Positions 47,514-59,710 are shown, counted from the first letter of the stretch. The stretch: 64,000 nucleotides of DNA from Eledone cirrhosa (GCA_964016885.1 OZ024746.1:50530001-50594000); one strand, 5' to 3'. Translations and numbers: made by a program. Notes: generated by a model not told the origin, from the sequence alone.

Positions 47514-47549
<36 letters not shown>

Positions 47550-47559
47550 TATATATATG

Positions 47560-47591
<32 letters not shown>

Positions 47592-47748
47592 TGTATGTAT
47601 GTATGTATGTATGTATATATATATATGTATGTATGTATATATATATATGTATATATATATATGTATGTATGTATGTATATATATATATGTATATATATAT
47701 ATGTATGTATGTATGTATATATATATATGTATATATATATATGTATGT

Positions 47749-48013
47749 ATGCCAGATAGTTGAACGTTCGAAAGTATATACTTTCCTTATGAAAATTAAC
47801 GGCTGAGCAGCCTAATTTGCATATCGAGTGAGCTAAGTCGGTCAGGCATACCGAAAACGATTCCTGTGTCAGTGTTGAGCAAAAAGGTGACGTGGTTGCC
47901 TTAACACCGTACGGCATAAAAATTCAGGCTGTTCAGTTTGTTTACAAACGAACAAAGCGGCGTTATAATAAGCGTCTGCTAAACTGATACGTGCATATAT
48001 GTATGTGTACCTG

Positions 48014-48065
<52 letters not shown>

Positions 48066-48496
48066 TGCTACTGTACGTCTGTATACATATATGTATGTAC
48101 GTATACACACATACTTACATTTAAGTAAGTGCCGTACTAAGAGTGAGAAATGAAATTTCGTTTTCATTTTTTTTCAACTCATCGTTTTCGGTATGCCTGA
48201 CCGACTTAGCTCACTCGATATGCAAATTAGGCTGCTCAGCCGTTAATTTTCATAAGGAAAGTATATACTTTCGAACGTTCAACTATTTGGCAGATGGGTA
48301 TACGGTGCTGATGATAGCTAACAAGCTTGAAACTAGTACATCGTTCCTGTGTCAGTGTTGAGCAAAAAGGTGACGTGGTTGCCTTAACACCGTACGGCAT
48401 AAAAATTCAGGCTGTTCAGTTTGTTTACAAACAAACAAAGCGGCGTTATAATAAGCGTCTGCTAAACTGATACGTGCATATATGTATGTGTACCTG

Positions 48497-48548
<52 letters not shown>

Positions 48549-48661
48549 TGCTACTGTACGTCTGTATACATATATGTATGTACGTATACACACATACTTA
48601 CATTTAAGTAAGTGCCGTACTAAGAGTGAGAAATGAAATTTCGTTTTCATTTTTTTTCAAC
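47749..48661 (+). mobile_element. Second locus of the 474-bp family (483-bp variant, ~1.65 units) preceded by an inverted ~113-bp piece; hammerhead at ~48302-48345
   Basis: 47749-47861 is the reverse complement of 48181-48293; the direct-repeat period is 483 (ORFs at 47869 and 48352). Confidence 0.9.
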
Positions 48662-48801
48662 TATATATATATATATATGAATATAGACATAGAATATTCG
48701 AAAATATTCTGTATGTTTATAATAAACATTTTGAAGACCTAATCGCTATAGAATAGAATACGTCACGTATTACAATTAGATTCTCGATAAAAGCAAGGGA
48801 A

Positions 48802-48844
48802 GTAATCTACGCGTTTCATTCTCGTTAGAAATCATCAGGACTAC
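48802..48844 (-). ncRNA. Minimal type I hammerhead, 310-bp family (also 49112-49154 and 49422-49464 on the minus strand)
   Basis: Reverse complement of the motif at 49777-49819. Confidence 0.88.
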
Positions 48845-49776
48845 ATATCCAGTGCTTTTATCGAGAATGACACAGCTAGAGACTTATAGAATACTTAGCT
48901 GTGTACAGGAACTGGTTTGAAAGAGCGGTTGCCGGTCCGGCAGAAATTAGAAATTGGAATAAATGCTCTGAAATAGCGATATATATGTGAATATAGACAT
49001 AGAATATTCGAAAATATTCTGTATGTTTATAATAAACATTTTGAAGACCTAATCGCTATAGAATAGAATACGTCACGTATTACAATTAGATTCTCGATAA
49101 AAGCAAGGGAAGTAATCTACGCGTTTCATTCTCGTTAGAAATCATCAGGACTACATATCCAGTGCTTTTATCGAGAATGACACAGCTAGAGACTTATAGA
49201 ATACTTAGCTGTGTACAGGAACTGGTTTGAAAGAGCGGTTGCCGGTCCGGCAGAAATTAGAAATTGGAATAAATGCTCTGAAATAGCGATATATATGTGA
49301 ATATAGACATAGAATATTCGAAAATATTCTGTATGTTTATAATAAACATTTTGAAGACCTAATCGCTATAGAATAGAATACGTCACGTATTACAATTAGA
49401 TTCTCGATAAAAGCAAGGGAAGTAATCTACGCGTTTCATTCTCGTTAGAAATCATCAGGACTACATATCCAGTGCTTTTATCGAGAATGACACAGCTAGA
49501 GACTTATAGAATACTTAGCTGTGTACAGGAACTGGTTTGAAAGAGCGGTTGCCGGTCCGGCAGAAATTAGAAATTGGAATAAATGCTCTGAAATAGCGAT
49601 ATATATGTGAATATAGACATAGAATATTCGAAAATATTCTGTATGTTTATAATAAACATTTTGAAGACCTAATCGCTATAGAATACCGGCAACCGCTCTT
49701 TCAAACCAGTTCCTGTACACAGCTAAGTATTCTATAAGTCTCTAGCTGTGTCATTCTCGATAAAAGCACTGGATAT

Positions 49777-49819
49777 GTAGTCCTGATGATTTCTAACGAG
49801 AATGAAACGCGTAGATTAC
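49777..49819 (+). ncRNA. Minimal type I hammerhead, 310-bp family (also 50087-50129 and 50397-50439)
   Basis: GUAGUC-CUGAUGA-U[UUCU-AACG-AGAA]U-GAA-ACGCGU-A^GAUUAC. Stem III is the palindrome ACGCGU; predicted cleavage is after 49813. Confidence 0.9.
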
Positions 49820-50963
49820 TTCCCTTGCTTTTATCGAGAATCTAATTGTAATACGTGACGTATTCTATTCTATAGCGATTAGGTCTTCAAAATGTTTATT
49901 ATAAACATACAGAATATTTTCGAATATTCTATGTCTATATTCACATATATATCGCTATTTCAGAGCATTTATTCCAATTTCTAATTTCTGCCGGACCGGC
50001 AACCGCTCTTTCAAACCAGTTCCTGTACACAGCTAAGTATTCTATAAGTCTCTAGCTGTGTCATTCTCGATAAAAGCACTGGATATGTAGTCCTGATGAT
50101 TTCTAACGAGAATGAAACGCGTAGATTACTTCCCTTGCTTTTATCGAGAATCTAATTGTAATACGTGACGTATTCTATTCTATAGCGATTAGGTCTTCAA
50201 AATGTTTATTATAAACATACAGAATATTTTCGAATATTCTATGTCTATATTCACATATATATCGCTATTTCAGAGCATTTATTCCAATTTCTAATTTCTG
50301 CCGGACCGGCAACCGCTCTTTCAAACCAGTTCCTGTACACAGCTAAGTATTCTATAAGTCTCTAGCTGTGTCATTCTCAATAAAAGCACTGGATATGTAG
50401 TCCTGATGATTTCTAACGAGAATGAAACGCGTAGATTACTTCCCTTGCTTTTATCGAGAATCTAATTGTAATACGTGACGTATTCTATTCTATAGCGATT
50501 AGGTCTTCAAAATGTTTATTATAAACATACAGAATATTTTCGAATATTCTATGTCTATATTCACATATATATCGCTATTTCAGAGCATTTATTCCAATAT
50601 ATATATATATATATATAAATGACTTATATTTGTATGTGTATGTGTATAGACACACATGTATTCAACATTAACACTGCCTTCACAAAATTCTATTCTGTCT
50701 CACTCTGCTGCAGCTTATATCAAGCAGTCTTACTTGTTATTCATGTTATTGTCAGTTGGTATTTTGCCAGCTATGTGTTCAAATCCTGCCACTTATCTGT
50801 CTACCAGAATTTAGAAAATTAAGACCCAGTTTTTTGCTGTTTCATCAGAGTCACATCAGAGCCAAGGATACCATGCTTCCATTGGCTTTTCCATTGCTGA
50901 TACTATCTGCTAGCTGCTACTACTGTCATATGACACTGTCCTCCTTTACAGGATTTGAACTCA

Positions 50964-51058
50964 AATACCGTTCATAGCCCAAACAAATCCCGTTCAGAGC
51001 CCAAGCAAATCCCGTTCAGAGCCCAAACAAATACCGTTCAGAGCCCAAACAAATACCG
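50964..51058 (+). repeat. 22-bp minisatellite, ~4 copies (aaatMccgttcagagcccaaac)
   Basis: Seen directly. Confidence 0.85.
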
Positions 51059-51109
51059 AAACCAATCTGTCAGACTCTTTAACAATCCAAAAAATCCATT
51101 GTCCCTGGA

Positions 51110-51255
51110 TTGGTGCTTTATTCATTGACCTTGAAAGGATGAAAGGCAAAGTTGACTTTTAGACCGTGGCAGGATTTGAACTTAGAGTACAGAGAGCCAG
51201 CACAAATACTGATGGAGCATTTAATCTGACATTCTAACGACTCTGCAAATTCACC
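51110..51255 (-). mobile_element. Degraded tRNA-SINE fragment with a Nin/Deu-like domain
   Basis: 'ttgaccttgaaaggatgaaaggcaaagttgac...ggcaggatttgaac' is homologous (reverse complement) to 54650-54732 and 59609-59710. The domain name is recalled, not searched. Confidence 0.6.
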
Positions 51256-51799
51256 ATATGTTCTAACATGCCTATAATATCAATAAAATGTATTGATTCC
51301 TTACTCTCTTTCAATCACAATAAATGAAAATTCGAAGCCTTCACCGCACCAAAAAAATATGGAAAACCCGAAACTTTCCCCCAACCAAAACACACACGCA
51401 CACGCGCACGCGCAAACACACGCAAGCAAAGACAAAACAAGAAAGAAATAGGGTTGTACATCATTCTCAACAAGTCCAATAAGAGAGAAGTTAAGATGCA
51501 AATGGCTGAGTATTCCAGTCACATGTATCCTCAGACCTGTTAACTCTGAAGGGGGAGATCTGCCACCGACTTTGGGGTGGGTGAGAGATGTCTTCTCTTG
51601 TGAAAATGGGTATAGTTTTCATTATGTAAAATCTGCCTAATTTCTTCCTGTTTTGGGGCATTTATTTTCATGGTACTCCCCATTTAGGTTTTTAGAGGTT
51701 GGCAGGTCTGGATCATTAACATAATTCTCAGAGAGATTCAATGTTATACAGTGTTTATTGTCACAAGGTGGGTCCTCTAAATTACAAGTACAGTCAATC

Positions 51800-51923
51800 C
51801 AATGGGCTTCTTCGCATTTTCTGTCTACTAAAGTTCAAGACATTTACCTAAGATGCTACACAGTGGGATTGAACCCAGGACCTTATAGTTTTGAGACGAG
51901 CACCTTACTTATTTAGCCATGCG
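51800..51923 (-). mobile_element. Degraded tRNA-SINE fragment
   Basis: Minus strand has 'tggctaaat...ggttcaatcccactgtg', resembling A and B boxes. Confidence 0.5.
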
Positions 51924-52231
51924 ACGCGCGCACACACACACACACACACACACCCACAGTTACAGACGCACATACAGTGGCAACTACACAGTCACACATG
52001 CACACTCACAAGCATATACACACAGTTACAGACATACATTTATACAGAAGCAACTACAGTCACACACATAGTTACAGGCACGCATGCATACAGATACAAC
52101 TATACAGTCACACAGTTACAGGTACACACACACACACACACACACAATTACAGACACACATACAGAGGCAACTAGTCACACACAAATATAGATAAACTCG
52201 CGAATGCTTGCACACATATGTATATATCACC

Positions 52232-52484
52232 TTGATAACCTTGACCGACCAGTCTGTCGGGCGCCAATCGTCGCCACTGGTCACAGCACGTCGTGCTGTT
52301 TTAGCCATAAGATAATGCCATCCCACTGGCTGGGCGGGCGTGCCGGTACTCATTTCTACAGCTGAGTAAACTGGAGCAACGTGAAATAAAGTGCCTTGCT
52401 CAAGGAAACAACACATCACACGGTCCGAGAATTGAACTCACAACCTTTCGAATGCAAGCCCAATGCTTTAACCACCTAAGCCTT
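52232..52484 (-). mobile_element. tRNA/CORE-like SINE with the same head as 40999-41341 but a different tail
   Basis: 52349-52482 matches the SINE head and core; 52232-52348 is unrelated to the RTE-type tail. Confidence 0.75.
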
Positions 52485-52494
52485 CACATATGTG

Positions 52495-52547
<53 letters not shown>

Positions 52548-52769
52548 GAAAATAGAGAAATTAATGTGAGCAAGAAGCCAACAGTAATTCATACATATAG
52601 TCAAGATGGAAAACGTAAGATGGAAAATAATTCAATCTCAATTCAAAAAAAGTCAAGACAGAAATTTTATCCACAGATTTTGTGTAATCCAGGGAAAAAA
52701 CCAATAGTCTTAACTCAGAATAAAATTAAGGGTAAATACTTATCCTTCAATTTGGAAAAATCTACAAAT

Positions 52770-52850
52770 GCTCTATATAGTCTTAAAAAGACTATTTCAC
52801 GGAACTTTTCAGTGGGGTTAGTCACGGTTGGAGTCGTTCATCAGTAGAGC
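52770..52850 (-). ncRNA. Type I hammerhead ribozyme with well-formed stems I and III, inside a ~470-bp TA-flanked island (52545-53010)
   Basis: Minus strand: GCUCUA-CUGAUGA-ACG...CGU-GAA-AUAGUCUU-UUU-AAGACUAU-A^UAGAGC. Confidence 0.85.
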
Positions 52851-53031
52851 TCAACACGATAACTAAGATCTACAGCTAAAATATGCCAAAAGGGAATTTA
52901 AAAGCAGGCTAGTTACACCTCGTGTGGAATTAAGATAATAAACACACATGGAGAACAGTGACGTCAGAATGAGTCGAATGACTGTTTACAAGAAACAGCA
53001 GTCAAAACATTATATATATATATATATATCT

Positions 53032-53374
53032 CATCATCATCATCATTTCATTTTACGTCCGCTTTTTCCCTGCTTGCAAGGGTGGGACGGGAACTGATTC
53101 TGGCTTGATTTCTACAGCTGGATGCCCTTCCTAATACCAACCTCATTTACAGTGAGTGCTGGGTGCTTTTTTGCCGTGGCACCTCCACGACCACTTTGCA
53201 GTGGAATGATATGGCCCCCAGTCCCTATCATCTCATTTCTACAGCTGAGTAAACTGGAGCAATGTGAAATAAAGTGTCTTGCTCAAGGAAACAACGCATT
53301 ACCCAGTCTGAGAATTGAACTCACAACCTTTCGATTGCAAGGCCAATGCTCTAACCACTAAGCCATGTGCCTTC
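53032..53374 (-). mobile_element. tRNA-derived SINE, second full copy of the 40999-41341 family
   Basis: Colinear and highly similar to 40999-41341. Confidence 0.88.
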
Positions 53375-53468
53375 ATATATATATATATAGAAGAGATATT
53401 TAATTTGATAACTTGAACCGTTAAGGTATATTATCCTTGGTCATGTCAAATATTTATAAAACATTTTG

Positions 53469-53530
53469 TATTTTATCTTATGATAGCGTACCAAAATTTT
53501 TGGTACCCTTGAAATATATATAATAGAATA
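53469..53530 (+). ncRNA. Hammerhead-like motif with core mutation (CUUAUGA); homolog of 61883-61946
   Basis: UAUUUUAU-CUUAUGA-...GUACCAAAAUUUUUGGUAC...-GAA-AUAUAUAU-A^AUAGAAUA; 8-bp stem I. Confidence 0.6.
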
Positions 53531-53569
53531 AATATGGTTTTATAAATATAGTTTCCATTTATTTAATAT

Positions 53570-53611
<42 letters not shown>

Positions 53612-53618
<7 letters not shown>

Positions 53619-53989
53619 ATGTATAATAAACAATACAATATAATTACCTCATTACCAGAGGTTTCCCGAATAAGACAGATACAAGAAACGTCCGCATTCG
53701 TTCGTCAGACACACACATGTACATATGTATGTGCATATACACACATTTAAACACATCCCCTTACTATATTTCTTTATTTTTATTTTTTATACATTTCTTG
53801 TATTATTACTTTTATTTATTTTTTGCCTGTTAAACTTCTTTAGCCTTTCTTGAGGAGATTTTTCAAATATCCCACTGTTTAAATTGCCTTGTCTGACGAA
53901 CGAATGCGGACGTTTCTTGTATCAGTCTTATTCAGGAAACCTCTAGTAATGAGGTAATTATATTGTATTGTTTATTATACATTAAATAT
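53612..53989. repeat. 100-bp inverted repeat (53612-53711 / 53890-53989, ~178-bp spacer) containing a hammerhead-like core
   Basis: The arms are reverse complements with about 3 mismatches and contain CUGACGA...GAAACCUC-N7-GAGGUA. Confidence 0.85.
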
Positions 53990-54053
53990 TTAGCTCTGTA
54001 ACTTACATTGAGCACTCTTCACTCCTCTGACTTTTTCAACGGAAACTTCAACA

Positions 54054-54095
<42 letters not shown>

Positions 54096-54409
54096 CACAA
54101 ATACACGCTTACACACAAAACGCACACTATACTCACACAGACGTGTACACTTACATTAAGACATGCACACACGCACAGTTATTTGCACAAGTGTATACAC
54201 CTTCATACACACACACACGGGGGGGGGGGATGTTTACATCCACATATGCTCTCTCTCACACACGCATCTACATCTGCACACACACATACATCCTTGACAG
54301 TAACACTATAATTATCTTATATTCAATTATGTTAGTATTGTAATATATATCCTCACGGTGTGTGTATGTGTGTGAGTATGCATGCATGTGTGTGTGTGTG
54401 TGTATGTAT

Positions 54410-54445
<36 letters not shown>

Positions 54446-54649
54446 GGGGGGGTGTTATGTGCGTGGAATGATTACTGTCGTCTATACACCTATATAACAC
54501 ACACACACATGATATCATCATTACATCATTGGCTACATCATTGTCAGTTTCACCACCACCACCACCACCATCATCATCATTGCTTTTTATCCACCTGATG
54601 CACAGGGATGCAGTGTATAAAAGGATAAAAGGTGGCAAATTGCACGCCC

Positions 54650-54732
54650 TCAGTTCAAATTTCGCCGACGTCAACTTTGCCTTTCATCCCTTCAAGGTCA
54701 CTAAAAAAAAGTACCAGTCCAGTACTGGGGTC
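54650..54732 (+). mobile_element. Degraded SINE fragment (B box plus Nin/Deu-like domain)
   Basis: 'gttcaaatttcgccgacgtcaactttgcctttcatcc...gtaccagt'. Confidence 0.6.
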
Positions 54733-54959
54733 GTTTCTTCCTCGATGAAAAAAATTGGCTATGTTCATCTCTGGAGAGGGATGCAGTGTACCTATTCTAA
54801 AAACTGCAATACACAGAGTGAGATCACCATTATGTTCCTTTAGCTCTGGTGATCACATTTTGCTCAACATGTTCCATTTTTAGCACATTACATTGCCAAC
54901 CACTTTACATTGTGCCTTGAATGCATTTTATTGTGGCACCCGCTCTCTGAATTGAGAGA

Positions 54960-55222
54960 TCACAGCTGCGATATTATGGGCATGTGGTTAGAATGTCTCA
55001 GGAAAGAATCGCTGGACAGATTTTACGGGCAAAACCAACTGGCAGGAGGCCCAAGGGTAGGCACTAAGCAAGATGGTTGGACAACATCTGTGAGCTTGGG
55101 CTGGTTTTGTTTGGGGATCCAGCTGGATCAGTTGGAGACTTGCTTATGACGGGACCCGCTGGAAGGAATGTTTGAGGACTCTTCCCCCACAACCCTCTCA
55201 GGAATAAGTGGGTAAAGATGAA
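54960..55222 (+). mobile_element. Degraded LINE 3' end (RTE-like)
   Basis: Homologous to 60108-60320. Confidence 0.65.
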
Positions 55223-55797
55223 GAGAGAAGCTCTAGAAAGACTTGTCTTTGGCAATACCAAAGGGTCCTAATTTTCATATACATTTCACACGTACACATA
55301 CACACACGATATAGTTGGTGTTAGGAAGGGCATTTAGCCTTAGAAACCATGCAAAAAAAAAAAAAAAAAATGGGCTTAGAGGAATCTTCACTCGAGTCAA
55401 GGTTTTGAGAACCTCCATTCTAGTGTTAGTTCCTGAGTTCCACAATAAAATGCACCCAGTACACTGCTTTAGGAAAGGCATCCAACTATAAAACTAGTTT
55501 AGAGTGGGCCTATATACGGATACCTACCTTGCTGGTTATTATCATTAGAGTTTAAAGTCCACACTGAATGTAGGCTATCAAATTCTTTGTGATGTGCTAA
55601 ATACCTTTGCTGTTGTTGTTGTAGTGTGAGTGTTTATTGAATATGTATACACATGCTAGAAGGGAAAGTGGCTGTTAAACGATGGTGATGATAATAGTGT
55701 GTATATGTGGAGGTGTTTGTATTTGGATGTATACAAATGTACCCCGATGTACAACTCTGTATGTGTGCACGTGGAATGTATCTATGTGCTAAGTGTG

Positions 55798-56110
55798 TCA
55801 GTGTGTGTGTGTGTGTGTATGTATATATGTGTGTGTATCTATGTATGTATGTATGTATGTATGTATGTATGTATGTATGTATGTGTGAGTGTACGTATTT
55901 ATGTGTGTGTGTTTATGTATGTGTGGGTGTGTGTATGCATATATGTGTGTGTGGGTGTGTGTATGCATATATGTGTGTGTGAATGTATGTCTGTATGTAT
56001 GTGTGGCTGTGTATCTCTATATATATATATATATGTGTGTGTGTGTATATGTGTAGGTACGTATGTACTGGTGTATATACTAGTGTATATAGGTATGTAT
56101 GTATACACTT
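55798..56110. repeat. (TG)/(TATG)n microsatellite
   Basis: Seen directly. Confidence 0.9.
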
Positions 56111-56307
56111 GGGTGTATAAACTACTTGTAATGTGTATTATATGTTTATAGCTATATAGTTAATATAGTGTAGGCTGTGACACTTACACCTCGCCATTTT
56201 GTCTGTCTGTTTGTCTACCCCCCCCCCCACACCATCACCTCTCTTTTATATTAAAGATTGGAACTGCGTTTGATTGATTACATATTATTCTTACCTCTTG
56301 TCACAAT

Positions 56308-57278
56308 CTCTCTCTCTTTCTCAACTCTCTCTCTCACCTCTATCTTTCCTCTCTCTCTCCCGTCTCCTCTCTCTCTCCCGTCTCCTCTCCCGTTTCTCTC
56401 CTCTCTCTCTCCCATCTCCTCTCTCTCTCCCATCTCCTCTCTCTCTCCCGTCTCCTCTCTCTCTCCCGTTTCCTCTCTCTCTCCCGTCTCCTCTCTCTCT
56501 CCCGTTTCCTCTCTCTCTCCCGTCTCCTCTCTCTCTCCCGTCTCCTCTCTCTCTCCCGTCTCCTCTCTCTCCCGTTTCTCTCCCCTCTCTCTCACCTCTA
56601 TCTTTCCTCTCTCTCTCCCGTCTCCTCTCTCTCTCCCGTCTCCTCTCTCTCCCGTTTCTCTCTCCTCTCTCTCCCGTTTCTCTCTCCTCTCTCTCCCGTT
56701 TCTCTCTCCTCTCTCTCCCGTTTCTCTCTCCTCTCTCTTCCGTTTCTCTCTCCTCTCTCTCCCGTTTCTCTCTCCTCTCTCTCCCGTTTCTCTCTCCTCT
56801 CTCTCCCGTTTCTCTCTCCTCTCTCTCCCGTTTCTCTCTCCTCTCTCTCCCGTTTCTCTCTCTTCTCTCTCCCCTCTCTCTCCCGTCTCTCTCCCGTCTC
56901 TCTCCCGTCTCTCTCTCCCGTCTCTCTCTCCCGTCTCTCTCCCGTCTCTCTCCTCTCTCTCTCCCGTCTCTCTCCTCTCTCTCTCCCGTCTCTCTCCTCT
57001 CTCTCTCCCGTCTCTCCTCTCTCTCTCTCCCGTCTCTCTCCTCTCTCTCTCTCTCTCCCGTCTCTCTCCTCTCTCTCTCTCTCTCCCGTCTCTCTCTCTC
57101 CCGTCTCTCCTTTCTCTCTCCCGTCTCTCTCCCGTCTCTCTCCCGTCTCCCGTCTCTCTCCCGTCTCTCTCCTCTCTCTCTCTCTCCCGTCTCTCTCCTC
57201 TCTCTCTCTCTCCCGTCTCACTCCTCTCTCTCTCCCGTCTCACTCCTCTCTCTCTCTCTCTCTCCCGTCTCTCTCCCG

Positions 57279-57311
<33 letters not shown>

Positions 57312-57610
57312 CCGTCTCTCTCCCGTCTCACTCCTCTCTCTCTCTCTCTCTCTCTCCCGTCTCACTTCTCTCTCTCTCTCTCTCTCCCGTCTCTCCTCTC
57401 TCTCTCTCTCTTCCGCCTCTCTCCTCTCCCCTCTCTCTCCCGTCTCTCCTCTCTCTCTCCCGCCTCTCTCCTCTCCCCTCTCTCTCCCGTCTCTCTCCTC
57501 TCTCTCCCGTCTCTCTCCTCTCTCTCCCGTCTCTCTCCTCTCTCTCCCGTCTCTCTCCTCTCTCTCTTTCTCTCTCCTCTCTAATCCCCGCTCTCTCTCC
57601 TCTCTCTACC
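56308..57610. repeat. Polypyrimidine (CT)n tract punctuated by CCCGT
   Basis: About 1.3 kb, almost purine-free on the plus strand apart from the G of CCCGT. Confidence 0.95.
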
Positions 57611-57884
57611 CCCCCTCACTCACCTCTATCTTTACTTTCTCCCTCTCTTCGTTTTTTATATTATGTTAAAGGTGTGTGTGTGTATGGTTGATTATAATAT
57701 CCCCCCACCCCGTGTCACATTCCCTCCTCCCCCTTCTATCTGTCTGTCTCAAGGATGGCTGTAGGTGTGGTTGATTAGATATTCTTACCTCACCTACGCC
57801 CTCTCTTCAATCTGGCTTATTGTTCATGTTCTGAACAGTGTGAAGTATATCTATGGTGGTGGGTTGGGGTGGTATAATTGTGGT

Positions 57885-59023
57885 GGGTGGTGTTGGTTGC
57901 GGCGTAATGGCGGTATGTGGTGTTGGTTGTGGTTCTTGTGCCGTAATTTTGGTGTGTGGTGTTGGTTGTGGCGTAATGGTGGTGGTTGTGCCGTAATGTT
58001 GGTGTGTGGTGTTGGTTGTGGCGTAATGGTGGTGGTTGTGCCGTAATGTTGGTGTTGGTTGTGGCGTAATGTTGGTGTGTGGTGTTGGTTGTGGCGTTGG
58101 TTGTGACGTAATGGTGGTTGTTGTGGCGTAATGTTGGTGTGTGGTGTTGGTTGTGGCGTAATGGTGGTGGTTGTGCCGTAATGTTGGTGTGTGGTGTTGG
58201 TTGTGGCGTAATGGTGGTTGTTGTGGCGTAATGTTGGTGTGTGTGGTGTTGGTTGTGGCGTAATGTTGGTGTGTGGTGTTGGTTGTGGCATAATGGTGGT
58301 GGTTGTGCCGTAATGTTGGTGTGTGGTGTTGGTTGTGGCGTAATGGTGGTGGTTGTGCCGTAATGTTGGTGTGTGGTGTTGGTTGTGGCGTAATGTTGGT
58401 GTGTGGTGTTGGTTGTGGCATAATGGTGGTGGTTGTGCCGTAATGTTGGTGTGTGGTGTTGGTTGTGGCGTAATGGTGGTGGTTGTGCCGTAATGTTGGT
58501 GTGTGGTGTTGGTTGTGGCGTAATGGTGGTGGTTGTGCCGTAATGTTGGTGTGTGGTGTTGGTTGTGGCGTAATGGTGGTGGTTGTGCTGTAATGTTGGT
58601 GTGTGGTGTTGGTTGTGGTGTAATGTTGGTGTGTGGTGCTGGTTGTGGCATAATGGTGGTGGTTGTGCCGTAATGTTGGTGTGTGGTGTTGGTTGTGGCA
58701 TAATGGTGGTGGTTGTGCCGTAATGTTGGTGTTGGTTGTGGCGTAATGGTGGTGGTTGTGCCGTAATGTTGGTGTGTGGTGTTGGTTGTGGCGTAATGTT
58801 GGTGTGCGGTGTTGGTTGTGACGTAATGGTGGTTGTTGTGGCGTTATGTTGGTGTGTGGTGTTGGTTGTGGCGTAATGTTGGTGTGTGGTGTTGGTTGTG
58901 GCGTAATGTTGGTGTGTGGTGTTGGTTGTGGCGTAATGTTGGTGCGTGGTGTTGGTTGTGACATAATGGTGGTTGTTGTGGCGTAATGTTGGTGTGTGGT
59001 GTTGGTTGTGGCGTAATGGTGGT
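57885..59023. repeat. GT-rich minisatellite of 30-bp and 21-bp subunits ending in GCGTAAT/CCGTAAT
   Basis: 'gttggtgtgtggtgttggttgtggcgtaat' alternates with 'ggtggtggttgtgccgtaat'-type units. Confidence 0.92.
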
Positions 59024-59608
59024 AGTGCTCGTGTTGTTGATGATTGTAGTGATATAATAATGATCGTGACAGTGGTGATGGTGTAATGTAAGTGTGAGCT
59101 ATATCAGTGGAGATGGTGGTGTGGTGGTGGTGATGATGTAAGAATGGTGTTGGCACTTGTGGTTGGTGGTATAATGTTGTTATAGTCTCAGGTGATCATA
59201 GATTGAATGATTGATTGATTGGTTTGACAGACAGATCAAAGTGATCAAGTGTGTCCCATCCGATATATTTTTTCAGATATGTTATATATACCTATGACCT
59301 AATCATGCAACATGTCTTCCTTCCTCTTCTTAAACTAGCTGGCTGTGATTTGAGGTAGAATTAACCCTATTTAGAATTAATCATATTTCCAAAGACAATG
59401 CAGTATGATTTAAAAACAATTCAGAGAGCTTTAGTAATATAACTAATTTTCTGAAGCTTGGGTTTGGAACCACTTAACAAAGGATCATACATATGGGAGA
59501 AGTTTTTTTATTTTTAATATAAACACTTTAACCCTTTAGCATTTACATTACTCTATATATACTATTGTATTTTTGTGGTAAAGGCTTTCTTACATAATTA
59601 TCTCCCAT

Positions 59609-59710
59609 GAGTTCAAATCCTGCCGAGGTTAACTTTCCCTTTCATCTTTACGGGGTCGATAAAATAAAGTACCAGTAATGCACTGGGTAATTGCTGGCCT
59701 TGTGCCAAAG
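59609..59710 (+). mobile_element. Degraded SINE fragment (B box plus Nin/Deu-like domain)
   Basis: 'gagttcaaatcctgccgaggttaactttccctttcatc...ggggtcgataaaataaagtaccagt'. Confidence 0.6.

Larger units (their letters stand above)
48679..50598. repeat. 310-bp tandem array in two oppositely oriented arms (~3.25 units 48679-49685; ~2.95 units 49685-50598), one hammerhead per unit
   Basis: 'atatagacatagaatattcg' occurs at 48681, 48991, 49301 and 49611; the orientation flips at 49685. Confidence 0.97.

Noticed and set aside
57885-59023. Telomeric repeat
   Set aside because: It is GT-rich but has no TTAGGG-type unit and lies internally.
56258-59156. Mucin-like, SR/RE-rich or His/Thr-rich proteins (up to 477 aa)
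   Set aside because: Several frames are open at once over simple repeats, with no splice or unique-domain evidence.
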